Source: Tagaea sp. (GTDB lineage: Bacteria; Pseudomonadota; Alphaproteobacteria; CACIAM-22H2). Taken from it: a stretch of 64,000 nt of DNA. The notes below the pieces were generated by a model, which ran no database searches, was not told the DNA's origin, and saw only the letters and a list, made by a program, of their open reading frames with translations. The DNA is taken from NCBI GenBank assembly GCA_965279525.1, contig CBDIIB010000002.1, positions 320,001 through 384,000 of the forward strand, written 5' to 3'. The stretch's first letter is position 1, and every line of letters starts with the position of its first letter. The position numbers and the translations under genes were made by a program. Positions 18,695-28,620 of the stretch are shown piece by piece.

Positions 18695-20407
18695 TTAGCC
18701 CCGACCGGAACGGGCGATTTTAGATGGCTTCGCATTACGCGGAAAAGGCTGCGTGTCCCTTTTCTGAATCGCGCTGGTCGATCTATGCCACGCGAGTTTG
18801 TTGAATGCGTCGCCGAGAAAAAGGCCAGCGATGATTTGACGGCTATAGCCAGCCAACTTACGCGAACTTGGTAGTTTATCCAGCGGAACGTTACATACGC
18901 GCGAGATTGCAAGAAGACACGAGTCGACGACTTTTGACTTTGTGGTGCGATTAACCTGCTCAAGACTTTCAATTCCGCTGGCGGCTATTTCATCAAGTTC
19001 ATCAACGAATAAATAGGGGCCATCGCCCGTTGTCATTCTGCTCCAAACTGATTGAAGAGATTGCGGGGACGATTCACGAACTCGCCGCTCGAAGTCGCGA
19101 ATGCTGGCCGCAATCTTTTTCTGGGTCGGTTTGAGCGCCGCCCACTTGAGCAGTTCTGTTGTTGCCCGGCCTGTGAGAGGTACCTCGATAACCGCCTTCG
19201 ACGGGCCGAAGAAGTAGCGCATCCTCCATGTGACCCTATTTTTCTCGAAGCTATTTGAAAGTTCGAACCTCATGCCACTCTTAAAGTGCAGGCACGGCAT
19301 TGCCGCACGAAATGATCTGTTATGCGGATATGTCCGCCCCTCTCCATCAACTTTTGTTTCGGGTGCGAGCCTGTCTGGAATCAAAATTTTGTCCGTAACG
19401 GAACTGAATCCATTGAAGGCCTCTGGCGAATGCTTACCGACAGCAAGACCAACAAGAAGAGTAAATGTTGGAGGGATTGCATTGCCTACCATCTTTGCCT
19501 TTTCCGAGAAGGTACGACCAAAAAACTGATATGTAATGGGGAAGCCCTGAAGAGACGCACGCTCGCGAATGGTCAGGCGTCGGAACTTTCCGGGAGTATC
19601 GGGCGCTTCAATGACAATGCTTTCGCGGGAAACGCGCGTGCAGGTTGCCGTTACTGTCCTAGCAGCACGATCCAGGCGATCCGGAAACGCCATCTTGTTG
19701 TAAATTGGGTGCCGAACCTTTGAATCTTTATTCATTCTCAGCTCTTCAGCATTCAAAGCAGCTTCCGCTCTTAATTCTGTGACCTTTGAAGCTGGCACAA
19801 CTTTGCTCCAGACAGGATCAACTAGCTCAGCGCTAGTGACGTCGCCTTGAACAACATCTCCAAGAGTGCGCGTCTGAATCTTTGATCGATACTCACGGAT
19901 GAGATCGAATGGAATTGTTCCAGCTATGCAACGCTGCCTTGATTGCGGAAGTCCAAAGTCAGCGAAATCAAAAACGTCTACTGTCGGCTCTAAGCTACGA
20001 AATTTATAAAGAGGATGCTTTTTGTCTTTGAATCCTTCTTTGAGAAGCTTTGCGACACGAGGGACGTTCTCCATAACCCAATATTTTGGCTTTAGATAAT
20101 TGACCACCTCTAGAAACTTCACAATGTCGACAAAACCATCAGCGATATCGCCACTTCCGCCCCGATTTGAGTAGGAGAATTGGGTGCAGGGCGGGCTCCC
20201 GACCACAAGATCAATATTCTTGGGGAGCGCCGAGAGATGAAGCTCGCGGATATTTGTCTTCGTTGCCGATGCACGAAGGTTCGCGCTGTAAGTATCGAGC
20301 GCGGGTTGCCACCACTCGTAAGAAGCGACAACCTCAATTCCCGCCAGCCTTAGACCAAGGCTCCAACCGCCGACGCCAGCGTAAAGGTCAATCGCGCGCA
20401 CTAACAT
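18695..20407 (-). CDS. DNA cytosine-5 methyltransferase with long C-terminal extension
   Basis: DLYAGVGG, GSPPC, MENV, QSRQR and MVGNAIPP motifs; roughly 240 extra C-terminal residues. Confidence 0.92.
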   Translation of the reverse strand: MLVRAIDLYAGVGGWSLGLRLAGIEVVASYEWWQPALDTYSANLRASATKTNIRELHLSALPKNIDLVVGSPPCTQFSYSNRGGSGDIADGFVDIVKFLEVVNYLKPKYWVMENVPRVAKLLKEGFKDKKHPLYKFRSLEPTVDVFDFADFGLPQSRQRCIAGTIPFDLIREYRSKIQTRTLGDVVQGDVTSAELVDPVWSKVVPASKVTELRAEAALNAEELRMNKDSKVRHPIYNKMAFPDRLDRAARTVTATCTRVSRESIVIEAPDTPGKFRRLTIRERASLQGFPITYQFFGRTFSEKAKMVGNAIPPTFTLLVGLAVGKHSPEAFNGFSSVTDKILIPDRLAPETKVDGEGRTYPHNRSFRAAMPCLHFKSGMRFELSNSFEKNRVTWRMRYFFGPSKAVIEVPLTGRATTELLKWAALKPTQKKIAASIRDFERRVRESSPQSLQSVWSRMTTGDGPYLFVDELDEIAASGIESLEQVNRTTKSKVVDSCLLAISRVCNVPLDKLPSSRKLAGYSRQIIAGLFLGDAFNKLAWHRSTSAIQKRDTQPFPRNAKPSKIARSGRG

Positions 20408-20610
20408 CCCCACTCGAAAATTGAATATCAACTAGGCGCGAACCTAGCAGTACCCATTGGAAAATCAAGATCCAAGTCGACGTTTTTAAGTTAGCGGCCA
20501 AATATTCAGCACCGCAGGCCTGTCAGCTCAATTGAGCCCCAATTGGAGCACAATGGGCGCGTTCTGGTATGCTCTCTGGGATTGTGGTCGAGTCGCGGAA
20601 AGGAGAGGCC

Positions 20611-21495
20611 GTGCTGGAAAGACTTAGAACTGAGCGGGGCTTCCAGATCAAATACAGCGGACATGCTTCATCTATTTTGGCAGGAGACTTTGCGGGCGTA
20701 TCACGCGAGCTTGCAGATATTCTTGAAACGGCGCTAGTGCCCGTAGAAGAGATCATTGCCGGTGGCGGCGGTGAAGCTAAGGGAACACAGCGACTTCGGC
20801 GGGCACTCTCAGGCGCGGGCTGGCCAAAGGCCATCTTTAAGGTTCAACGAACCATAGCCATGGGGGAGTCCGAAAGCGCGCTGGAAATGGTAGACCTTCA
20901 GGAGCCGCAATCGCATATCGTCGATCATGTGAAGACGGTTTCTGTCGATGGCAAAGACTTTCGCATTGCGCTTGAGATTGAGTGGAACACCAAAGACACG
21001 TTCTTCGACCGTGATCTCGAGAACTTTAAACGCCTTCATGCCGACGGGGCTATTTCTCTGGGAATTATCGTTACGCGTAGTGAAGCACTGCACTCGAGCA
21101 TGAAGGATATTGTGCAGCGTTTCCTTGCCGAGCGGCAGATTTCCTCCTTCGAGGACTTAGTAAAATGGAATTATGAGCCGACGCCAAAGCAACGTCGAGC
21201 TATCAACGCCAAGATTGCCTCTAGGCAGCGACCGATGACGTTTCGAGACGCATTCACTTCGAATTTTGTCTCCAATAAATTCGGGCAGGCGACAACCCAC
21301 TGGTCCAAGCTAGAAGAGCGTCTTCGCAGAGGGGTTGGAAATCCGTGTCCGTTTGTCTGCATTGGTCTGCCGCCAGACATTATTACGTTCAACGAGGGTG
21401 AGGCGGCGTTGGCTGAACTTCAGATGGATGAAGCGTTGGCTGAACTTGAGATGAATCATAAGGACGACGAGGGTTCAGAAGAAGTGGCGAGCTAG
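20611..21495 (+). CDS. BglII/BstYI-family restriction endonuclease
   Basis: SHIVDHVK...IALEIEWNTKDTFFDRDL, TTHWSKL, GNPCP; GTG start after AGGAG. Confidence 0.8.
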   Translation: MLERLRTERGFQIKYSGHASSILAGDFAGVSRELADILETALVPVEEIIAGGGGEAKGTQRLRRALSGAGWPKAIFKVQRTIAMGESESALEMVDLQEPQSHIVDHVKTVSVDGKDFRIALEIEWNTKDTFFDRDLENFKRLHADGAISLGIIVTRSEALHSSMKDIVQRFLAERQISSFEDLVKWNYEPTPKQRRAINAKIASRQRPMTFRDAFTSNFVSNKFGQATTHWSKLEERLRRGVGNPCPFVCIGLPPDIITFNEGEAALAELQMDEALAELEMNHKDDEGSEEVAS

Positions 21496-22174
21496 CTTGG
21501 TCGATGGTTGAATCTGTCGGTGATTAGCGTAAATAAGGTGGTGAGGTGAGAGGTACCAAATGTTTTAAGCGCATATGCAAAACGGCATACGTAGCGTCCT
21601 CGTTTTCGACTATCCCCCCTCCGGTACCCGCTTGGTCCACCCTAGTCAGGCAATGCGTTCGCTTGGTGGGCAGTATGGCGCATTGACCATGGCGTGCCGC
21701 GTGCCCCTCGGTCTTGGCCACCCTCCCAGTGCGAGCAAAAGAGCGTCCTTCCTCGTGCTGCCTTAGCGCCGTCTCCGTGTCGGCTGCGGCAGGAGGAGTG
21801 GCCGAGGGAGAATCGTCAGGCCCGATCACCGTGGCGCGAGATCACCGAGCCGTCGGTCAGCGTGCGCGAAGCACCAGAGGCGAGGCTTGGGCTTCCTCAC
21901 AGTCCGCCGCGTGGGTGACATCCAACTCGGTCCTGGCGTCGAGAAAGACGAGGAGGTCCGCTTAAATTTCGGGTGCGTCGATACGCATTGATCGCACCTC
22001 TCAACTTGAGTACCCATCGGCGCGTGGGCACCGCAACGCTAGCTGAGCGGGGTCAACTACAGCACGCATATTCGGCACAGCACACGCGGCTGCGCTGGCG
22101 GTGTTCACAAACCCCGATCATCGACCCCGGCAAAAAAGTGAGTCCGATCAATGGGGCGATAGCGTCAATGTGTG

Positions 22175-22202
22175 TGTTCGTAAAACAGTTGATTTATGAA
22201 CA
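22175..22202. promoter_or_regulatory. res-like inverted repeat upstream of the resolvase
   Basis: TGTTCGTAAA-ACAGTTGA-TTTATGAACA. Confidence 0.5.
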
Positions 22203-22255
22203 GTTCTTCGTCTAGAGTTTGGCCGATCCTGCAACCAAGCATGCGAGGAACGGCC

Positions 22256-22882
22256 ATGACTGCGACGATCAAGAGCACCGCCAAGGGCAAGCGCGCGGCG
22301 ATCTACTTGCGCGTCTCTACCGAGGATCAGACGACGGAGAACCAGCGGCGCGACCTAGAGGGCCTCGCTGCGTTGCGCGGCTGGGGCATCGTCGGCACCT
22401 ACGAGGATGCGGGTATATCCGGAGCGAAGGGCCGTGAGCAGCGGCCGGGCCTCAACGCTCTCCTTGGTGACGCACGCAAGCGCCGCTTCGATATAGCCGT
22501 GTTCTGGTCGGTGGACCGGTTGGGCCGCTCCACAATGGAAGTCACGCGGAACATGAGCGAGCTGGATGCGTGCGGCGTGGCTCAGTTCTATTTCAAGGAG
22601 AGCATGGACACGTCTACCGCGCACGGCCGTGCAATGCTGGAGATGGCCGCCGTGTTCGCCACGTTGGAGCGGGCCATGATCCGGGAGCGCGTCCTCTCGG
22701 GTATCGCCCGTGTGCGCGCCACCGGGCGCACCAAGAGCGGTCGTCCCATTGGGAGGCCCAAGGTTGACCCCAAGGTCGCCGCGAAGATCGCGTCAATGCG
22801 TGAGGCCGGCACGTCGGTGCGCGCTGTCGCCAAGGCGGTCGGGCTTTCAGTGGGAGCAGTGGCGAAATACTCGGCCGCCTAG
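22256..22882 (+). CDS. Small serine recombinase (resolvase/invertase)
   Basis: IYLRVST, RPGL, DRLGRS, GRP followed by C-terminal HTH. Confidence 0.93.
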   Translation: MTATIKSTAKGKRAAIYLRVSTEDQTTENQRRDLEGLAALRGWGIVGTYEDAGISGAKGREQRPGLNALLGDARKRRFDIAVFWSVDRLGRSTMEVTRNMSELDACGVAQFYFKESMDTSTAHGRAMLEMAAVFATLERAMIRERVLSGIARVRATGRTKSGRPIGRPKVDPKVAAKIASMREAGTSVRAVAKAVGLSVGAVAKYSAA

Positions 22883-23249
22883 CCGTCGCCCCAGTTTCCC
22901 CTCACAATAGCCATGAGCAATTAGGCCGCACTTTAGCCAAGGCGCCCATTTAGCCCGCACTATAGCCCCCACCCCCGTTGCAGCCCTATTAGGGGGAACC
23001 TTAGGGAGCACCTAAGGACGCCTTCTGCTGCCCTTGCAGTCGGCCCGATGTAGCCACCCTACTTGGTCGTCGTCGTGGGCGATCAAGTGCCGTGGCTCCC
23101 GGGTGCCGGCCGCAGCCCGCCACATCCTCGCCCGCCCGTCCTCCGCCGTGTCGCCCCCGGTGCGCCCCGAGGGAGCGCCGCGCGCGTCGAGGATGGGTGG
23201 GCATTTCTTTTTGCACACCCAACACACCTCACAATCGAAAGGCCAACAC

Positions 23250-23579
23250 ATGCCCCACGTCACCAGCGCAACCGCGCGCGGGTTCTCGCTCGACCCGCGC
23301 GCCCTCGACCAACTCGAATGGCTCACCGTCACCGGAGCACGCGCCATCGGTGCGGCGGTCCCGAAGTCCGTCTTCGTTCGCTTCGCCCTCGACCAGCTCA
23401 CGCGCCACCTCTCGCAGCTCGCCAGCACCGGCAACGCTGCGGCACTCCGGCAGGCCTTCGAGCCGCTGCCGAGCTTCGCGCGCTGTGCGCCGGCAGGGGC
23501 CGCGCAGGCGAGCATCGGGGAGTGCGGAGCGCCGTGGGCGGATGCGTCCGACGCGGCGCGGGATGGGGGGCGCGCGTGA
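23250..23579 (+). CDS. Hypothetical protein, possibly ribbon-helix-helix
   Basis: GFSLDPRALDQLEWL...KSVFVRFALD pattern; GTGA overlap with the next ORF. Confidence 0.45.
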   Translation: MPHVTSATARGFSLDPRALDQLEWLTVTGARAIGAAVPKSVFVRFALDQLTRHLSQLASTGNAAALRQAFEPLPSFARCAPAGAAQASIGECGAPWADASDAARDGGRA

Positions 23580-24121
23580 GCGAGGCAACCCCGTCGCCCC
23601 TCGCCGCGCTCCTCGACCGACGCCAGCGCACGCCACAGCAAGGCCCGGTCGATCCGGCCCAGTTCCCCGACGGCATCGTCTGGGTTGAGCCGTTCATCGG
23701 CGAGGACGGCGTGCCCGACTACGAGACGCATCACATCGATGCAGAGACGTGGAACCGGGACTATGCGTTCTACCCGGAGGACGCAGCCAGGTTACGGGCG
23801 TTGGCCGAGGCAATGAAGGCGCGGCCGTTCACGTTCGTCCCCGAAGAGCTACTGCGGCGAGCCTACGAGGACCGCAACCGCGCCAGCGCGATCTTCGCGG
23901 AGCTGTCACGGCGGCGCACGATCGATCTCAACGAATGCCTCGACGCCTTGAAGGACGGGCCAGCCCCGATGTGGGCACGAAAGCGGCTGCGGTGGGGCCT
24001 TCGTCTCCTCGCGACCGAGCTGGCAATCCAGCGGGAGGGCAACCTCGCCCTGCGCCACCGCGTGGCGGAGCTTGAGAGCGAACTCAAGGCGGCTCGCAGT
24101 CGCCCTGCGGAGTCAACCTAG
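23576..24121 (+). CDS. Hypothetical protein with C-terminal coiled coil
   Basis: Protein-like composition; LRHRVAELESELKAA heptads. Confidence 0.6.
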   Translation: MSEATPSPLAALLDRRQRTPQQGPVDPAQFPDGIVWVEPFIGEDGVPDYETHHIDAETWNRDYAFYPEDAARLRALAEAMKARPFTFVPEELLRRAYEDRNRASAIFAELSRRRTIDLNECLDALKDGPAPMWARKRLRWGLRLLATELAIQREGNLALRHRVAELESELKAARSRPAEST

Positions 24122-24288
24122 GGCCACCAGCACGCCGGCCGTAGTCGGGCTGCGCTTTTGGGGCCGCCTCTCCAGCGGCCTCCGCAGCTCGATTGCCGCG
24201 ATCCGCGTCACGGAAATCCCCTTCTTGAATTTTGGCGCGTCTGTCTGGGGTACCCCCCGGGCACCGCTTCACCGAAAGGAACTCACCC

Positions 24289-24948
24289 ATGCATTGCTCA
24301 GTCCCGGGGTGCCGGGCGGCGCGTAGCCGCTTCGGTCCCCTTTGTAAGAACCATGTTGCCCGCAAGCGCCGGCAGGGCCACCCCGAGCAGACGCCCGTGT
24401 CGAGCCTCGAGCTGCGCCCCTATCGCGAGGCGGCCCGTGACGTCATCGCCCGATGGCGGAACCACGATGCCATCAAGATCACGGCGGAGCGGTGGGAGCG
24501 GCTCGGCGAGCAGTCCCGCGCCATCATCGCGGCGGCGGAGAGCAGGGGCGTTGCCAATATGGTGGACCTCAAGGCAGCCAAGGCGGTCCTGCAGATCGCC
24601 GAGGCGGCCCCCTTCGATGTGGTCCTCGAGGTCGTCGCCGCGCTCGTGCTGATGCAGGGCACCGAGGGGCACCGCTTCAGGAGCAACGGCGCGTTCGTCA
24701 TCCAGCTCGCCCGATGCCTGCGAAAGCTGGGGCGTGTCGGCGTGGCGACCTACTGGGACCAGAGAGGCAAGCGGGTGCGAGGTGTCTACCTCGACTTCCC
24801 CGTTCGCACATCAGTGCTCCTCGCGAACCGCGCGCTTGCTGCCATCGGTCCCACTGCGGGACGCATCGTCGCCACCGTGAAAGCAGCGGAGGCGCGCGAG
24901 CACCGACTTGAGGGACAATACCGGGCGGCCCTCGGGGACTTGCGGTAG
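24289..24948 (+). CDS. Hypothetical protein with N-terminal Cys3His zinc-finger-like motif
   Basis: CSVPGC...LCKNH; RBS AAAGGA upstream. Confidence 0.7.
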   Translation: MHCSVPGCRAARSRFGPLCKNHVARKRRQGHPEQTPVSSLELRPYREAARDVIARWRNHDAIKITAERWERLGEQSRAIIAAAESRGVANMVDLKAAKAVLQIAEAAPFDVVLEVVAALVLMQGTEGHRFRSNGAFVIQLARCLRKLGRVGVATYWDQRGKRVRGVYLDFPVRTSVLLANRALAAIGPTAGRIVATVKAAEAREHRLEGQYRAALGDLR

Positions 24949-24998
24949 AGCGGCGGCCACTTTCATCACTCAAACCACGACAGCGAATCACGACACAC

Positions 24999-25775
24999 AT
25001 GGAACATCAGACAGAATCACGTGCAACCGAGGTGGGACTTAAGATCCACCTCGTGCCTCCCGACGCGATCACCGCCGATCCGAGCTTTCAGGTGCGGGCT
25101 AGGATCGATGGCGGCAAGGTCCACGAGTACGCTACCGCCATGCGCGTCGGTGCGGCGTTTCCCCCGCTACGCCTCGCCCGCATCAATGGCGCTCTGTTCC
25201 TCATCGACGGGTGGCACCGCCTCGAGGCGCACAAGCGGCGGCTCTCGATGGTCAAGGAGTGGAGCGACCGGCGAAAGCTAGAGGCTATCGCGGTGACCAT
25301 TGAGGACATGAGCGAGGCCGATGCCCGCTTTGCCGCCGCCACCGCGAACCTCAGGCACGGGCTGCCAATGAAGCCGAGGGAGCGCAAGCGAGTGTTCAAG
25401 CTTTATATGGAGCAAGGGCGCTGGCGTGCCCGAGCGGGCCAGGTCAAGCCCACCCGGAAGATTGCAGAAGACCTTGGAGGCCTCGCGGCACACACCACTA
25501 TCTGGATGTGGATCAAGCGCGAGCACCCCCGCGTGGCCGCACTGATGGAAAACCCGGAGGGGTCAAGGCGCGCAGGTGTTGAACCACCGACACCGCACGC
25601 TATTCCCTCGTTGTTCCCTAAGGACGCGCGCGGTCACCTCGAGGCAGCACGCAAGGCGGTGCGCGGTGTGAGCGATCCCGAGGAGCGGCGGGCAATCCTC
25701 GAGGAGGTGCGGCAGCTCGCGGCGGAGCTACGGGGGGAATGGACGGGGCCTGAGGCGGAGCCTGAGGCGTTCTGA
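24999..25775 (+). CDS. ParB/Srx-like domain protein with HTH
   Basis: FQVR...FPPL...LIDGWHRLEA...NLRHG, then TRKIAEDLG...HTTIWMW. Confidence 0.8.
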   Translation: MEHQTESRATEVGLKIHLVPPDAITADPSFQVRARIDGGKVHEYATAMRVGAAFPPLRLARINGALFLIDGWHRLEAHKRRLSMVKEWSDRRKLEAIAVTIEDMSEADARFAAATANLRHGLPMKPRERKRVFKLYMEQGRWRARAGQVKPTRKIAEDLGGLAAHTTIWMWIKREHPRVAALMENPEGSRRAGVEPPTPHAIPSLFPKDARGHLEAARKAVRGVSDPEERRAILEEVRQLAAELRGEWTGPEAEPEAF

Positions 25776-26378
25776 TCGATAACCCTTTGACACGCCGTAC
25801 TGTCTTCCCCCCGCTGTTCAAATTGAACAGCAGAGTAGACAAAGTGAGCCACAGAAGCCTGACCCCACATGTGTTTTCCGCGTTCGGCGGGCGGATGCTG
25901 CCGAAGCACTATATGCAGATTTGCTACATCGTGGCGCTTGGGGCGAATCGGGGTTGGGCGTTAGTTTTGCTGGCCCCAAAAGAGGGGGTAGAAGGGAAGG
26001 CTTCACTTGAGGCGTTTCTTTAAACCCCAGTCTCACGGCGCGCACGGTGGTGCGTTCGTGAGGCGTCCCAGTTGGGGGCATGGTGCGTAGAGCAGAGCTG
26101 AGCCTTGGGTGCACCACCGCCCAAGCCCGCAAAAGCGCAAGCCGTCGAGAGCCTCGCAAGAGACAACTCGGGACCGGCTTACTTAGGGAAGCGCCCTCGC
26201 GGGGCTGTTCGACGATGTTCGGTCGGGACGCTTGTTGGCCCACCGCAGTCAGTGTTCGGCGTCCTTCAAGTGGACCGCCGGGCACCAAGTCGGCGGCAAG
26301 CCAGCCCAGTGAGAACCGTCATTCGCTCAGCTCGGGGGTCGTCGCAAGGCGGCCCCCGAGTGCTGTTGGAGGTGTCGA

Positions 26379-27023
26379 ATGAAGCACGCAGCCACTATCG
26401 GTCTGAGCCTCTACACCCTCATAGCCGCCCCGCTCGCTGCTTGGTATGCGGGCGGACTGACAGCGACGTTCGTTGTCGTCGGGGCACTTGCGTGCGGCGT
26501 ATTCATTCGCTTGCCGGACCTCGCCGAGCTTGGCATCGGGCCGCTCAAAGCCAAGCTAGAGCGCGAGGTACGTGAAGCCGCCGCAACAGTAGAACAACTC
26601 AAGAGCATCGGGGCCGTACTTGGGAAAACGGTTCTTGGTGTTCTCGCGGGCGAGGGCCGCATGGGCGGCATGAGCTTTCCGGAGAAGCTTGCGCTCAAGG
26701 AACAGGTTGTTGCCGAGCTGACCGCGCTCGGGCTGACACCAGAGCAAATACGGCAGGCGTGCAGCGCTTGGGTGACCTACATCAAGTTCGATCACGCCCA
26801 TAGAATTTATCGAGCGGTTCCCCCGGTCGGGCGCGCCATGGCCCCCGGCCTTCGGGAGTTGCTCCAAGGAACGCAAGTTATTGCCACGCCAGAAGAGTGG
26901 CGCACGGCGACAAAGCATCACGGCTTGCTATTGCCGGAAGTGGAGGAGGCAATTGTTGATTACGAGTACTACGTCGCAAAGGAGGAGCTACGTCGCCCTG
27001 AACTCTGGAAGAAGCGTGGTTAG
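26379..27023 (+). CDS. Membrane-anchored hypothetical protein
   Basis: Two N-terminal TM segments then ELGIGPLKAKL; RBS GGAGG. Confidence 0.7.
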   Translation: MKHAATIGLSLYTLIAAPLAAWYAGGLTATFVVVGALACGVFIRLPDLAELGIGPLKAKLEREVREAAATVEQLKSIGAVLGKTVLGVLAGEGRMGGMSFPEKLALKEQVVAELTALGLTPEQIRQACSAWVTYIKFDHAHRIYRAVPPVGRAMAPGLRELLQGTQVIATPEEWRTATKHHGLLLPEVEEAIVDYEYYVAKEELRRPELWKKRG

Positions 27024-27085
27024 CAGCCCCCCGAACGGGGCGGGGCCGTGTTCGTCCGCTCAACTCCAGCATTGTTGGTGGACAG

Positions 27086-28399
27086 CTAGTTGCGCGCTGC
27101 CCGAGGTGGGCGCGGATATTTGAGCTTGGCGATTGCCAGGACGCGCTGCTCGAGGGACGACCCTTCGGCATAGAGGCCATACGTCATCGTTGGCTTGTCG
27201 TGACCGAGGATATCAGCGGCGATGTTCTCGGGAACGCCCGCTTGCTCTAGCAGCGTCGAGACGGTCTTGCGGATCGAGTGAAACACCTTCGTCTCAGGGA
27301 AGCCCATCTCCGCCTTGAGGCGGCCGAAGCGCTTGCCAATGCCGGGGCTTCGGTCGCCGTACTTGTTGGAGCCGCTTAGGCCAGACAAGAGGAACTCGTC
27401 GTTGCTACTCGCGCGAAGCCGCTTGACCACCGGCGCGAGCGCCTTGTGGATCGGAACCTTGCGCCACCCGGCCTTGCTCTTTGCGTCTTCGATCTCGAAC
27501 GCGGTCTTGCCCACCTTCGCCAGCGGCAGCGCACAGAGTTCCTCAAGGCGCGCACCTGAGTACATCGCGAGTTGAATCAACGCCGCCAGTTGTTCGTCGC
27601 CCCGCTGCTTTGCTTCGGTGAGGAGTGCGATGACTTCCGCAGGCTCAAAGCCTCGCCGTGTTGTTTGGCCCTGTTGCTTGCCGGAGAGAGTGGGAACCGT
27701 GAGGCCATCGAACGGCGGCGGATATCTAGGCACGATTTCTAGGGAGGCGAGATAGTTCCAGTAGGTCCGCAATTCAGAGAGCTGCCGCCGGATCGTCGCG
27801 GGGGCCGTGCCTTCCGTCGCTGCGTCGTTGACGTACTGCTGCAGCCCTTTGTGCGCGATGTCCTGTGCAAGAGGAAACCGGGTTTGGAACTTGAGAATGC
27901 TTGAGCGTTTCTGGTCCTTCGACTTGCGCTCACTCGTGAGTGTCGCAATGAACTCGTCTAAGTGATGATCGAGGGGCACAAGTGAGCCGAGTGCAAGCCC
28001 GGCGAATCGCGTTGCACCGCTTCGATCACGCGCTTCGTCGTATGCGGGGTCATTGACTTCAACAATACCAGAGCGCCGCGCCTCGTCGTCGGCACGCTCG
28101 GAGGCGATGTTGACGATCATGTCGCGGATAATCTCACGCTCGTCTTCGGTGCTCGCCTTGCTCAGCACCCGCTGCCAATAGGCGGCATCTTGCGCGATTG
28201 GATCATCTGGCGTGCCACGTCGCGCGCGCACGATTGCCGCTCGCCACCGCACCTCCAACGGGGCAGCACGGCGGCGCGCTACTTCCTTGTCGGGAGTGTC
28301 GAGGCTTGCTGCGAACCGTGGTGCGCCGATGATTTTTCGCAGCGAGCGGGGGATGTCATGCAACGCCCACCACGTGCTGTGCCGCTTCTTGAGATACAT
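27086..28399 (-). CDS. Tyrosine integrase (DUF6538-type N-terminus)
   Basis: YSGARLEE, AKS, FHSIRK, ILGH and YGLY catalytic motifs; adjacent to att repeat. Confidence 0.93.
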   Translation of the reverse strand: MYLKKRHSTWWALHDIPRSLRKIIGAPRFAASLDTPDKEVARRRAAPLEVRWRAAIVRARRGTPDDPIAQDAAYWQRVLSKASTEDEREIIRDMIVNIASERADDEARRSGIVEVNDPAYDEARDRSGATRFAGLALGSLVPLDHHLDEFIATLTSERKSKDQKRSSILKFQTRFPLAQDIAHKGLQQYVNDAATEGTAPATIRRQLSELRTYWNYLASLEIVPRYPPPFDGLTVPTLSGKQQGQTTRRGFEPAEVIALLTEAKQRGDEQLAALIQLAMYSGARLEELCALPLAKVGKTAFEIEDAKSKAGWRKVPIHKALAPVVKRLRASSNDEFLLSGLSGSNKYGDRSPGIGKRFGRLKAEMGFPETKVFHSIRKTVSTLLEQAGVPENIAADILGHDKPTMTYGLYAEGSSLEQRVLAIAKLKYPRPPRAARN

Positions 28400-28488
28400 G
28401 CCCCATCCACACAGGTTGTCCACACAGGATGGGTCGAAGAAAGCTTTAAATCAAAGGATTTCTACACTATTGAGGTTGGCATCCCCGC

Positions 28489-28508
28489 ATCCCCGTGGGG
28501 ACGCCAGC
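28489..28508 (+). repeat. att repeat (tRNA-Glu 3' end)
   Basis: Identical to 18523-18542. Confidence 0.92.
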
Positions 28509-28620
28509 ACTTAAGTCAAAAATAGTTAACAATAAAACCGGTCTGGCTACTATTTGGCTGATATCAGGGTTTGGGCGCCAAGTAGGTCTACGTGAAGCTG
28601 GTCGGCGAAGTTGATTAGCC

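Larger units (their letters stand above)
18523..28508. mobile_element. Integrative element 1 (~10 kb) at the tRNA-Glu 3' end
   Basis: 20-bp direct repeat ATCCCCGTGGGGACGCCAGC at 18523 and 28489; integrase beside the right repeat; paired TCCA(C/T)ACAG sites at both ends. Confidence 0.88.
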
